Below, in pieces: positions 48,160 through 58,090 of a stretch of 64,000 nucleotides of DNA. This DNA comes from an uncultured bacterium. GTDB taxonomy: Bacteria; Hydrothermota; UBA3072. Every line of letters starts with the position of its first letter. The first letter of the stretch is position 1. Location of the stretch: contig CAZGBM010000002.1 of NCBI GenBank assembly GCA_964523975.1, positions 1,324-65,323 on the forward strand. The letters run 5' to 3'. Below the pieces are notes generated by a model. The model was not told where the DNA came from, did no database searches, and saw nothing but the letters and a program-made list of their open reading frames with translations. The position numbers were made by a program, and so were the translations under genes.

Positions 48160-48845
48160 AAATGTATGCGGAAAATAATAATGTAGATAAAGTAAAAAAG
48201 GTTATGGGAGACGTAAAGGCATCCTGGTGGGAAGACGGGATGGTCGAGATTATAAGCGGGATAGTTTTTATTGTGGTTGCGGGGCTATTGAGTGTAATGG
48301 AATTTGTATCCAACGAGAAGCTGCAGGCAGTCTTGGGAGTAGTGTGCGTATCTGTTATGGTAGCCCTTGCGGTACTCGCCCGATGGTTTAAAAGGCAACT
48401 CAAGGAAAAATATGTATGGCCAAAAACAGGGTATTCGAAACCCGGAATCGGCAAAAAGCCATCTCTTCTTTATATTCTATCTTTTGAATTTCTGGTTCTT
48501 TATGTAGGATTGATTTTGTATATCTTCTTGAAATTCAAAACGACCAATCAAATCCCGGTCGGAATAGCTTCTTTTTATCTGGTGAGCACCAAATCAAACT
48601 GGTTTTTTGCCGGTTTTATCGGATTTTTTATCTTTTTTGTTTATTTTGCAGTCTATCTGGCATCCGGATTAAAGAGATTCTTATTGACCGGTCTGCTGGC
48701 ACTTGGTTCGGGTGGTGTCTGTGCGTTTTTTTCGGGAAACGAATCGATGATAGCCATTACAATCATGGTAACAATCGGAATATATTCCTTATTTACTGGC
48801 ATACCGAGATTTCTGATTTCCCGTAGAGGGTCTCAAGATGAGTAA
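48138..48845 (+). CDS. hypothetical polytopic membrane protein
   Basis: 235 aa with multiple TM helices. Overlaps its neighbours, suggesting translational coupling. Confidence 0.45.
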   Translation: MQAKGEVEMYAENNNVDKVKKVMGDVKASWWEDGMVEIISGIVFIVVAGLLSVMEFVSNEKLQAVLGVVCVSVMVALAVLARWFKRQLKEKYVWPKTGYSKPGIGKKPSLLYILSFEFLVLYVGLILYIFLKFKTTNQIPVGIASFYLVSTKSNWFFAGFIGFFIFFVYFAVYLASGLKRFLLTGLLALGSGGVCAFFSGNESMIAITIMVTIGIYSLFTGIPRFLISRRGSQDE

Positions 48846-49158
48846 GAAAATTATCTACGGTAGGATAGGCAATATAGACAAGCTTATTCATGAGCCTTCT
48901 AGGCTGTTAATCGCCTCTATTCTTTCTGGGGTGAAGGAAGCGGATTTTAACTTTCTTTTAAGCCATAGCAAACTCTCAAAAGGAAACCTTTCTGTTCACT
49001 TATCGAAACTGGAAAAGGCTGGATATGTGAATGCGAATAAAAGATTCATAAATAAAATGCCGAATACTGTATATAATCTGACAAAAGAAGGCCGCAAAGC
49101 TTTCGATAGCTATCTTAAGAATATGGAAGGAATAATCAGAAAGAAGAAAGAGAAATAA
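48838..49158 (+). CDS. winged-helix transcriptional regulator (PadR/ArsR-like)
   Basis: 106 aa with an HTH followed by a wing (LSKLEKAGYV ... YNLTKEGRKAF). Confidence 0.5.
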   Translation: MSKKIIYGRIGNIDKLIHEPSRLLIASILSGVKEADFNFLLSHSKLSKGNLSVHLSKLEKAGYVNANKRFINKMPNTVYNLTKEGRKAFDSYLKNMEGIIRKKKEK

Positions 49159-49432
49159 ATTGGGGTTTAGGATTTTGGTAACGGAGTCATGAGTCATCAG
49201 TCTCCACTCCCCAGTCGTGACAATAGAAGCTACAGTATCTACATGTTTTACATGTGTAAATTTTTGAGGTGTGGTGAGGTTTTAAACAAACAAAAAACTG
49301 GGGTTGTGGGATGTGCCTCTGTGTTTTTTTTCTGTGTTCTCTGTGGCAAAAAAAGGGAAGGTGGTGGTGCTTACTTGACTTATAATTGAATATTTTTATT
49401 ATAACTAAGTAATATATTTAAAAGGAGGAGAA

Positions 49433-50077
49433 ATGAACAACCTTATAAATATAATAATCGAGCCCGGTAAAGCTTTCGAACACATAAAAGAAAAAGACGA
49501 CTGGTGGATTCCTTTTCTTGGTCTTGTGGTTGTTACTTTGATATTCCTCTGGATCAGTGCTCCTGCAATGTCACGTATCACCGCTCAACAGATGGCTCAA
49601 ATGGGTATAGACAGACAAATACCTAAGTCTGCAGAATTAATAAAATATGTAGTGGCTCCGATTGCAACTTTTATTGGATTTCTTTTTATATCTCTGATTC
49701 TCTGGTTTTTTGGAAATGCTTTCGGAACTGATTGGAACTATATTAAAGCTCTCGACTTATATTGTTACTCTTCTGTCGTACAGATAATAAGAAGTATATT
49801 AAATACCTCTCTTCTGTTAGTTCGTGGCATTCCCAATATAATGACTTTGAGAGATTTAAACATTGCAACCGGACTCAATATGTTCTTCAGCCCTGAAAAT
49901 CCAAAACTTTATGCTTTTCTTTCGGGTATAGAAGTATTTTCCATATGGCAGTTTGTGTTGATAGGCTATGGAATCTCGGCAATCACCGGTATATCCAAAA
50001 AGAAAGCAGCTATCGTTTCTGTAATACTATACATCTTATCCGTTGGAATTAGTGTTCTCTTTGCAAGAGAGGTATAA
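49433..50077 (+). CDS. Yip1-domain membrane protein
   Basis: Five-TM Yip1-like architecture. Confidence 0.45.
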   Translation: MNNLINIIIEPGKAFEHIKEKDDWWIPFLGLVVVTLIFLWISAPAMSRITAQQMAQMGIDRQIPKSAELIKYVVAPIATFIGFLFISLILWFFGNAFGTDWNYIKALDLYCYSSVVQIIRSILNTSLLLVRGIPNIMTLRDLNIATGLNMFFSPENPKLYAFLSGIEVFSIWQFVLIGYGISAITGISKKKAAIVSVILYILSVGISVLFAREV

Positions 50078-50078
50078 T

Positions 50079-51311
50079 GTGATTCTATTTCTGCTTCTTT
50101 CTCTTAATCTGACTCTTGATGATGCAATCGAAATTGGTTTGAGCGAGAGCCCTTCTTATTTACAGGCAAAAAAGGAATTGATGTTAATACAAAAGACGAA
50201 CGCTTCCGCATATTCAACCCTTCTTCCCTCCGCGTCCGCAGGGTATGTAGAAGCCAGGACTCGTTCAAGACTTGACGGAGCGGAAATTTACGATTCTACA
50301 GATAGCTATTATAACTTTAGAATGGAATGGGATTTAACCCCGGGTGATTTTTTGAATGCTTTTTCTGCTCACTACGGTAATAACACAGCATATTTTTCTT
50401 TTATGGACACGAGGAATCAAACAATATATGAAATCATATCTCAGTATCTCAACACCCTTAAACTTGAAAAGCTATTCGAGAGTAGAGAAAAGGCAGTAAA
50501 ACGCACAGAAAGCAATTTGAATCTCATCGAAGAAAAAAAACGGCTGGGTTCTGCTTCCAAAGCAGAAGTCTGGCAGGGAAAAGTAAACAATTTACAGGCG
50601 CAGTTAGATCTTCTGGAAACAGAAAAGAACCGGAAACTCAGCTTGCTCAGACTGAGGAAAATCATTGGGATGGAAGTAAAAGATACCGTTTTACTGGAGG
50701 AACCGAAAATCGATTTCAGGATACCCGAAAAAGATTCCATTCTAATACTGGCTATGAAGAAAGACCCTCTTCTTAACGAATATGATTCCGAAGTGAGGAA
50801 AGCGAGATTCGACTATTTGAAAACCTCGACAAGTAATCTTTTCACGGTTGCCTTCGGAGCGGTATACCAATACCAGGATGAGCGTATTCCAAGTGTTGAC
50901 CTGGTGCAGAACAATTACGATTATTCGATAGGATTTTCAATATCCGTGCCTTTGTTTACCGGATTTTCCAGGGTTAATGATTTACTTATAGCAGAGTTGA
51001 AAGTGGATTTAGCCAATCTAAAATTAAAGGAAAGAGAAAAAGAATTACGAATATCGGTCGAAGAAGATTACTTGTTATATGGTGAAGCCCGGCAAAGATT
51101 ACAGCTGGCAGAAACTACCGTAAGTTTCGCCGAGGAGAGCCATAAAGCCGCAAGCGAAAGATACCGCCTGGGAGAATCTTCAATGATTGAACTACTGGGA
51201 GCGGAAGAGGATTTGTTAAGGGCACAATATTCCCTGACCGAAGCTCGATTTGACTGGTATCTCTCTCTGTTTAGATTGAAAAGGCTTATGGGGAGGTTAT
51301 ATGAAGAATAA
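50079..51311 (+). CDS. TolC-like outer membrane efflux protein
   Basis: Tandem OEP repeats. Signal-peptide start taken at the GTG at 50079; the ORF track starts at 50043, overlapping the upstream gene. Confidence 0.7.
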   Translation: MILFLLLSLNLTLDDAIEIGLSESPSYLQAKKELMLIQKTNASAYSTLLPSASAGYVEARTRSRLDGAEIYDSTDSYYNFRMEWDLTPGDFLNAFSAHYGNNTAYFSFMDTRNQTIYEIISQYLNTLKLEKLFESREKAVKRTESNLNLIEEKKRLGSASKAEVWQGKVNNLQAQLDLLETEKNRKLSLLRLRKIIGMEVKDTVLLEEPKIDFRIPEKDSILILAMKKDPLLNEYDSEVRKARFDYLKTSTSNLFTVAFGAVYQYQDERIPSVDLVQNNYDYSIGFSISVPLFTGFSRVNDLLIAELKVDLANLKLKEREKELRISVEEDYLLYGEARQRLQLAETTVSFAEESHKAASERYRLGESSMIELLGAEEDLLRAQYSLTEARFDWYLSLFRLKRLMGRLYEE

Positions 51312-52464
51312 GAAAAAGTTGATTATCGGGTCTTCGATAATTTTGATAATTGTTATCATAATATTTGCCAATTTGAAGAAAACAGGCGGCGTAAGCGTAA
51401 CGGCTTCAAAAGTAGAGAAGGGAGAAATAGAAGAGATAGTTTCCGCTCCCGGAGAAATCCACGCAAAGGAAGAGAGAAAAATTAACGCCGAGGTTACGGC
51501 AGAAGTAATTAAATTATATGTAGAAGAAGGCGATTGGGTCAAAAAAGGGCAGATCCTCGTAAAATTAGATTCCACCGAACAGTTTGCGGCATACAACAGG
51601 GCACTTGCCAATGTGAACGCTCAGAGAGCCGATCTTGAATTCAGAACAGAACAAATGAAAAGGAAAAAAGAGTTATATGAAAAAGGTTTGATTTCTCGAG
51701 AAAATTTCGATAATATCGCAACCGAAGTCGAACTCGCCCAAAGCAATCTCGAAAATGCCAGGACCGAGTTAAACAGAGCAAAAAGAATGCTTGAAAGGGC
51801 TACTATCCGCTCTCCTATCATGGGTACCGTAATGGAGATAGATAAAGAGGAGGGAGAGGTGGTTGTGGCTGGAACCATCAACAATCCCGGCTCTATAATA
51901 TTGACCGTTTCGGATCTTGGAAATATGGAAATGGTTGCAGATGTGAATGAAAGTGAAATTCCTCTCGTATCTATAGGAGACACTGCTAGAATAACAGTGG
52001 ATGCTTTTACAGATACGACGTTCACCGGTATCGTATACTATAAAGCAAGTATGCCGAAGGAAGCAAGCTCCCAGGCAGCTGTCGAGTTTGAAGTTAAAAT
52101 ATCAATCCCTCATCATGCCGGGATGCTGCCGGGTATGAGTTCGAACTGCGAAATAGTAACCGCCAGGAAAGATAGCGTTCTCAGGATACCTTTGCAATCG
52201 CTCGTTACTAAAGACAAAAAGAGCGGAGTCTATAAAATAGAAAACGATAAGACGAAATTCGTCGAGACCAAAACAGGAATAATGGAAGGGAAATGGGTCG
52301 AAATTAAAGAAGGCCTCCTGGAAAACGACCTCATTGTCACCGGACCTATTAAAACCTTGATGAGTCTTACGGATAATCAAAAGGCAAATTGGAAAGAAGA
52401 GAAAGAAGACTCTTTGACAGTAGAAGATAAAACTAAAACGAAAAATCGCGAGGATAGCCCCTAG
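51301..52464 (+). CDS. efflux periplasmic adaptor (HlyD/MacA family)
   Basis: N-terminal TM segment, a coiled-coil hairpin and beta-barrel domains. Confidence 0.75.
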   Translation: MKNKKKLIIGSSIILIIVIIIFANLKKTGGVSVTASKVEKGEIEEIVSAPGEIHAKEERKINAEVTAEVIKLYVEEGDWVKKGQILVKLDSTEQFAAYNRALANVNAQRADLEFRTEQMKRKKELYEKGLISRENFDNIATEVELAQSNLENARTELNRAKRMLERATIRSPIMGTVMEIDKEEGEVVVAGTINNPGSIILTVSDLGNMEMVADVNESEIPLVSIGDTARITVDAFTDTTFTGIVYYKASMPKEASSQAAVEFEVKISIPHHAGMLPGMSSNCEIVTARKDSVLRIPLQSLVTKDKKSGVYKIENDKTKFVETKTGIMEGKWVEIKEGLLENDLIVTGPIKTLMSLTDNQKANWKEEKEDSLTVEDKTKTKNREDSP

Positions 52465-52550
52465 CGAGGCAAAGCCTCTAAAATGAAAAAATTAAATATA
52501 AAAATGGAAAATGACAGATTAAAATTCAAAGATAAATTAAAAATAGAAGC

Positions 52551-52668
52551 AACGAATCACACGAATAACACAAATATTAAAAAAATAGTCTTTATTTTTC
52601 TATGTTAATAAAAATGATTGTTTCAAATTCATTTGTGAAATTTGTGCAAATTGTTGTTAAAAAATGGG
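52551..52668. repeat. intergenic inverted-repeat element (copy B), lying between the MFP and permease genes
   Basis: ...AATCACACGAATAACACAAATATT ... ttaataaaaatgattgtt ... ATTTGTGAAATTTGTGCAAATTGTTGTT. High identity to copy A. Confidence 0.6.
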
Positions 52669-52812
52669 TTGTTTTGGGTGGGATATAGATATGATTTTGC
52701 ATTTTTATTTGTCATTTTGCTTTTTAATTTTTTATATTTTATTTACCGGAAAAGGAGTGTAAAATTAAATGAGATATGTTTTTCAGAGAAAGTTACCCTA
52801 TAATACTATGAG

Positions 52813-54057
52813 GTGACCAGAATGTTCAGGGGTTTTCTGATCGAAATTTTGCGCTCGTCAATCGAGTCGATAAAGGCTAACAAGCTTCGTTCTCTGCTTA
52901 CAACTCTTGGTATTGTAATCGGAGTTATGACTGTTATCGGTGTAATGTCTGTTATTTCGGGACTCAAAAATAATGTGGCTAATACTTTTTCACAGCTAGG
53001 TAAAAATGTTCTGTATGTAGATAAATATCCATGGTCCATGGGACATATGAGTAGGGAGGAATGGGATAAGATTAGAAAGAGGGACAACATCGACACAAAA
53101 GAGTTGGAGGCTCTGAAGGAATACGGAACTTCTTTAGAATATGTATCTCCCCTTGTTACAAGAAATTTGAATATGAATAGAGGAGAAAAAGAAGCGGCCG
53201 AAGTCGAGATAAACGGAACTTCTGAAGACTTTGACAGAATACGTAATCGAAACGTAAAACTTGGACGTTTCCTTTCAAAAGATGACTTAAAATACAAGAG
53301 ACACGTTTGCGTTCTTGGGACAAAGGTGGTTGAAACTCTATTCCCGGATGAAAACCCTGTTGGCAATAAAGTAAAAATCCAGGGGAGGCAGTTTAACGTA
53401 ATCGGCGTACTCGAAGAAAAGGGAGAAATGATGGGATGGAATATGGATAATGTTGCGGTTATTCCCTTTACAACAATGACCGAATTCACAGGGAGAAGCG
53501 ATCGTTCTATTACGATAGCAATCTATGCCGAGAATGAAGAAGAAGCAACAGAGGAAATCAGATGGATACTACGGGGAGCACGTAATTTAAAACCCGGAGA
53601 AGAAGACGATTTTTCAATTAATTCTTCTGAAGCCTTGATAACTCAATTCAACCAATTAACCAAAACGATATTCTTAATTTCGATTGCAATTGCCGCAATT
53701 TCCTTAATCGTAGGCGGAATCGGAATAATGAACATAATGCTTGTTTCCGTTTCCGAAAGAACAAGAGAAATAGGCGTCAGGAAAGCAATAGGAGCAAAAT
53801 CAAGTGAAATTCTTGGACAATTTCTTATGGAATCCGTGGTAATATGTCTGGTGGGCGGATTTTTAGGAATTTTACTGGGAGCCTCACTTACAAAGTTAAT
53901 TTCTATTATGAGTAATGGAAATCTGCCCTTCTATATCCCGATATGGTCGATATTTCTCGGCTTTGGTTTTTGCTGCAGTATCGGCATTTTCTTTGGTTAC
54001 TATCCCGCAAGAAAAGCTTCAAAGCTGAGTCCTGTGGAAGCTCTTCGTTATGAGTGA
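52813..54057 (+). CDS. ABC transporter permease, MacB/FtsX family
   Basis: N-terminal TM segment, a large periplasmic domain and three C-terminal TM helices (FtsX). Confidence 0.8.
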   Translation: MTRMFRGFLIEILRSSIESIKANKLRSLLTTLGIVIGVMTVIGVMSVISGLKNNVANTFSQLGKNVLYVDKYPWSMGHMSREEWDKIRKRDNIDTKELEALKEYGTSLEYVSPLVTRNLNMNRGEKEAAEVEINGTSEDFDRIRNRNVKLGRFLSKDDLKYKRHVCVLGTKVVETLFPDENPVGNKVKIQGRQFNVIGVLEEKGEMMGWNMDNVAVIPFTTMTEFTGRSDRSITIAIYAENEEEATEEIRWILRGARNLKPGEEDDFSINSSEALITQFNQLTKTIFLISIAIAAISLIVGGIGIMNIMLVSVSERTREIGVRKAIGAKSSEILGQFLMESVVICLVGGFLGILLGASLTKLISIMSNGNLPFYIPIWSIFLGFGFCCSIGIFFGYYPARKASKLSPVEALRYE

Positions 54058-54727
54058 ATTAATCAAAATGAAGAATGTCACAAAAGTTTATCCGCTTGGA
54101 GAAACCGAGGTTCATGCGCTTACAGGCGTCGATCTCACAATAAAAAAGGGAGAATTTATTTCGATAACCGGTCCCTCAGGTTCGGGCAAATCTACTCTTA
54201 TGCATATAATAGGATGTCTGGACATAGCTACTTCGGGTTCGTATTTTCTGCAGGGCAAAGACGTAAATAAGATGAACGGTAACCAACTTGCCGATATAAG
54301 AAAAGAACTCATCGGCTTCGTTTTTCAGGATTTCTATCTGTTGCCGGATGTACCCGCGTGGTACAACGTTTCCTTACCGATGATATACAACAGAGTTGCA
54401 CCCAAAGAAAGGAAAGAAAAAGCCATCCGGATTTTAAAGAGTGTGGGGCTTGAAGATAGAGTAACCCATCTCCCGAACCAGCTATCGGGCGGGGAACGGC
54501 AGAGAGTCGCTATTGCAAGAGCTCTTGCCAACGAACCGGAAATCATCATAGCGGATGAGCCGACCGGAAATCTCGATTCGGTCCGCGGGGAAGAGATTCT
54601 GAAAATCCTTTCAGACCTGCATAAAAAAGGAAAAACAATTATTATCGTTTCCCATGAAAAATACGTAGCCGAAAGAGGTAATAAAAAAATATACCTTAAG
54701 GACGGACGTATTGAGAGAACGAATTAA
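54050..54727 (+). CDS. ABC transporter ATP-binding protein (MacB/LolD type)
   Basis: Walker A GPSGSGKST, signature LSGGERQR and Walker B IIIADE. Confidence 0.88.
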   Translation: MSELIKMKNVTKVYPLGETEVHALTGVDLTIKKGEFISITGPSGSGKSTLMHIIGCLDIATSGSYFLQGKDVNKMNGNQLADIRKELIGFVFQDFYLLPDVPAWYNVSLPMIYNRVAPKERKEKAIRILKSVGLEDRVTHLPNQLSGGERQRVAIARALANEPEIIIADEPTGNLDSVRGEEILKILSDLHKKGKTIIIVSHEKYVAERGNKKIYLKDGRIERTN

Positions 54728-55832
54728 AATAAAACCGAGTATATTAATAATCAACTGGCAGGACTGGACTAACCCTCTATCCGGAGGAGCGGAAGTCCAC
54801 CTTCACGAAATATTCAAACGTCTGACCGGAGATTTCGATGTCTCGCTTCTTTGCACACACTTCAAAAAAGCGACTCATTTCGAAAAAATAGACGGAATAA
54901 AAATTTATCGCGTTGGTTCGAGAAACACGTTCAATTTTCATGTTCCTAAAGCATATAAAAAAATAAACGAAACTCAAAAATTTGATATTGTTATAGAAGA
55001 CCTTAATAAAATTCCATTTTTTGGTGAGAAATTTATACGTGAAAAGAGAATCGCAATTCTTCATCATCTTTTTGGAAAAGCAATATACACAGAAACCAAT
55101 CCGCTTTTCGCCTCTTATGTTTATTTTTCCGAAAAACTCATACCGAAGTTTTATAAGACTGTGCCGATAATTGCAATATCGGAGAGCTCAAGAAACAAAA
55201 TAGTAGAGATGGGGATCCCCCGAAAGAATGTCGAAATAATATATAACGGAGTTGACCCTAAGTCTTACCGTTCCGGAGTAAAAAAGAGTGTTCACCCGAC
55301 GATTATTTGTCTTAACAGGATGAAAAAATATAAAAGAATGGATATTTTAATCAGGTCAATTCCGGAAGTGCTAAAAGCGATTCCGGAGCTAAAAGTTATC
55401 CTTGTAGGAGAGGGGGATGACCTCCCGCGCCTCAAAGAGATTACCCGAAAAAACGGAATCGAGCATATAATTGAATTTACCAATTTTATCTCCGAAGAGA
55501 GGAAAACCGAATTGCTTGCCAGTTCCTGGGTTTCGGTGAATACCTCGCCTATAGAAGGTTGGGGTTTAACCTCCATAGAAGCTCAAGGCAGCGGCACACC
55601 TTCCGTCGTTCCCGATTCTCCCGGACTCAGAGAAACCGTGAAAGACGGAGTCAGCGGCTATATTTACCCATTTGGTGACACTAATCGCTTGTCCGAAATT
55701 CTTATCAAAGTTTTAAAAAACAAAAAAACACTCGATAAAATGGGAAAAGAAGCAAGGAAATGGGCGGCAAACTTTTCCTGGGATGCGTCTGCGAAAAAGA
55801 TGAAAGAAACAATCATAGCACAACTTTTATAA
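54711..55832 (+). CDS. glycosyltransferase family 4
   Basis: GT-B fold, with the C-terminal EGWGLTSIEAQGSGTP block. Confidence 0.75.
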   Translation: MRERIKIKPSILIINWQDWTNPLSGGAEVHLHEIFKRLTGDFDVSLLCTHFKKATHFEKIDGIKIYRVGSRNTFNFHVPKAYKKINETQKFDIVIEDLNKIPFFGEKFIREKRIAILHHLFGKAIYTETNPLFASYVYFSEKLIPKFYKTVPIIAISESSRNKIVEMGIPRKNVEIIYNGVDPKSYRSGVKKSVHPTIICLNRMKKYKRMDILIRSIPEVLKAIPELKVILVGEGDDLPRLKEITRKNGIEHIIEFTNFISEERKTELLASSWVSVNTSPIEGWGLTSIEAQGSGTPSVVPDSPGLRETVKDGVSGYIYPFGDTNRLSEILIKVLKNKKTLDKMGKEARKWAANFSWDASAKKMKETIIAQLL

Positions 55833-55890
55833 AAGTTTAACCACAAAATAAGCATAATTTTTAATACCTCCCGCCAACCCTTTTTTAACA

Positions 55891-55998
55891 ACAAATAGCA
55901 CAAATTACACAAATATATTAAGAATAAAATTTTTTGTTAATAAAAGTAGAAATTCTTTTGTTTTCATTCGTGCTATTCGTGTAATTTGTTGTTTCTAA
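55891..55998. repeat. intergenic inverted-repeat element (copy C)
   Basis: AACAACAAATAGCACAAATTACACAAATAT ... ATTCGTGCTATTCGTGTAATTTGTTGTT. The arms are imperfect inverted repeats. Confidence 0.55.
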
Positions 55999-56080
55999 TT
56001 CTGGGATGTGTTGGGTTTTAAACAACAAAAATATAGTTTTTTTCTCTGTGTGTTTGTTTTTTCTTTGTGGTCTCTGTAGT

Positions 56081-56569
56081 TTAAATATTCAGACGCCAGA
56101 TTGCAAAATTTAAGACCGAAGCAAAACTTACCCACAGTATATAAGGAATAAGCAACGCCCCTGCAACCCAGGATATCCGGAAGAAAAGTATTATCGATGC
56201 CAATATAGCTATCCAGAGAAATATAATCTCGATAAATGCGGCAAAAGGAGACTGGAGCCCGAAAAACAGAAAAGACCATAATGTATTTAAAACGAGCTGA
56301 AAAATAAAAACAGCAACCGCTATTTTTACGTTTTTCTCATTCAATCCGGTTCTCCAGACAAGATATAAAGAAATGCCCATAAGCAAAAACAACGTTGTCC
56401 AGACGGGAGCAAATACCCAGTTGGGCGGGTTGAATGACGGTTTATTTATACCGGCGTACCAGCGGGGTATAGAAGGAGTGGTAAATAAAGAACCTACAAA
56501 ACCTGCCAGCTGGCAGATAATTATACTCGAAAAAAGAAGTAAAATTTCACTTAACTTGCTTCTCTGCAT
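56081..56569 (-). CDS. tspO: TspO/MBR tryptophan-rich sensory protein
   Basis: Five TM helices, Trp-rich, with the conserved PPNWVFAPVWTTLF block. Confidence 0.8.
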   Translation of the reverse strand: MQRSKLSEILLLFSSIIICQLAGFVGSLFTTPSIPRWYAGINKPSFNPPNWVFAPVWTTLFLLMGISLYLVWRTGLNEKNVKIAVAVFIFQLVLNTLWSFLFFGLQSPFAAFIEIIFLWIAILASIILFFRISWVAGALLIPYILWVSFASVLNFAIWRLNI

Positions 56570-56584
56570 TTTTCCTCCTTAAAA

Positions 56585-57466
56585 TCACATTGCTATCAAA
56601 TCTTTCGTAAAAGAAGAAATCAATCCTTCAATTTCCCATATACGCAGCTTCATCTCTTCTTTATGACCTAAAAGTTCACTCATTTCTTCGTTCAAGTTAC
56701 GCAGTTCATCTGAAGTAATAGTAATTGGTTGGTGCTGAAGATTGATTTTATCAAGCGGAATACCTGGAAAATTTCTCAATAATTCCGGAGTCAATATCAA
56801 AAACTCCATAGAAGTATATCCCTCTTCAGTGCTCATTATCTTAACGGGATAAAACAAATGCTCTGTTTTAAATCTGTATTGTATTGCATCGTTGGTTTTC
56901 AATTCTTTATCCAGAGATACGACATCAAAAACGAACCAGGAGAACTTTTCTTCCAGATATTCTTCGACAACTTTCTTTAGCCCTTCAGGAATCACCGGAT
57001 TCTTGACCCCTGCAGAATCAAGATAATTCTCCACCCATTTAATAAAACTGTCTTTATCTAAAACATGCGCAACGGAAATATCATGTGCTCCTATTTTTTC
57101 ATGAAAGGTAATTTCCCCCGCTACCTGGGATGAACGCTCTTTTCCTCCGTTTCTTTTATGCATTAATAAATGCTGTTCTCTGATTTTTTCGTTTATAAGT
57201 TTGGTAGCTTTCCCGAATACTTCTATGTCGCCTTTTTTTACCGCAGGTTCGGAAGGTAAAGGCAAAACCTCAAGAACTCCTGTAGAATCAGAGGCGTTCA
57301 TATCCGTAGAAAGCAGGAGTATTTCCTCCGTACCATTCCAGGCAATCATAGCTCTCTGCGTGGGTTCGAAAATTCTTACATCGGGCTCAAAAGGAATAGA
57401 ACCACGGTCCGCATAAAGCGCTGTATTTAAAAGCAAGAGAAAGATAAAATATTTCATTAATTTCAT
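56585..57466 (-). CDS. hypothetical secreted protein
   Basis: N-terminal signal peptide. No recognisable domain. Confidence 0.4.
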   Translation of the reverse strand: MKLMKYFIFLLLLNTALYADRGSIPFEPDVRIFEPTQRAMIAWNGTEEILLLSTDMNASDSTGVLEVLPLPSEPAVKKGDIEVFGKATKLINEKIREQHLLMHKRNGGKERSSQVAGEITFHEKIGAHDISVAHVLDKDSFIKWVENYLDSAGVKNPVIPEGLKKVVEEYLEEKFSWFVFDVVSLDKELKTNDAIQYRFKTEHLFYPVKIMSTEEGYTSMEFLILTPELLRNFPGIPLDKINLQHQPITITSDELRNLNEEMSELLGHKEEMKLRIWEIEGLISSFTKDLIAM

Positions 57467-57550
57467 TCTAACCTCCGATAAAAAGTGTAATATTTTTCTT
57501 ATGAAAAGTCAATCTTGGCGCAATCCCATTTTGAACCCTACTATAATTTA

Positions 57551-58006
57551 TTATTGTAAGTCTAAGTCCATCCATACCATGTCGTTACCTTCGCCGATAT
57601 AATTGGGGAATACCGCCGTAGGAGTAAACCCAATACTTTTATATAGTTTGGTGGATTCCCAATTCCATAGAGCAGTTTGAACTGTAATCTTTTTCATTCC
57701 TTCCGATTTACATAAATTTATTATTTTTTTTAGTAAAGAAGTCCCGATACCTTGATCTCTGTGTTTTCTAATTACAATCAGATGTTGAATAATAGCAATT
57801 CTATCCCAATAGGGGAAAGATACAGAAACAAATCCTATAATACAGCCTTCTTTTTCTGCTACTAAAACACTGGCTTTAGGATTGTCAACGTCATTACGAA
57901 AAATAGTTTCGTTTTCATCGGGATTTAGTTCTAAATTTAATTTTAATAATTCTTTGAAATCCGAGGAGGGGTTGTAGAGGCGAATTTGTATGTCACTTTT
58001 TTTCAT
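57551..58006 (-). CDS. GNAT family N-acetyltransferase
   Basis: Acetyl-CoA-binding motif RKHRDQGIGTSLL. Confidence 0.7.
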   Translation of the reverse strand: MKKSDIQIRLYNPSSDFKELLKLNLELNPDENETIFRNDVDNPKASVLVAEKEGCIIGFVSVSFPYWDRIAIIQHLIVIRKHRDQGIGTSLLKKIINLCKSEGMKKITVQTALWNWESTKLYKSIGFTPTAVFPNYIGEGNDMVWMDLDLQ

Positions 58007-58090
58007 TATACTTCTTTACTCCTTTGTAAAAACAATAATAGAAATTCTGTATATGTCAAGAATTTTTATCTCTTCTTGACTTGATAAGTA

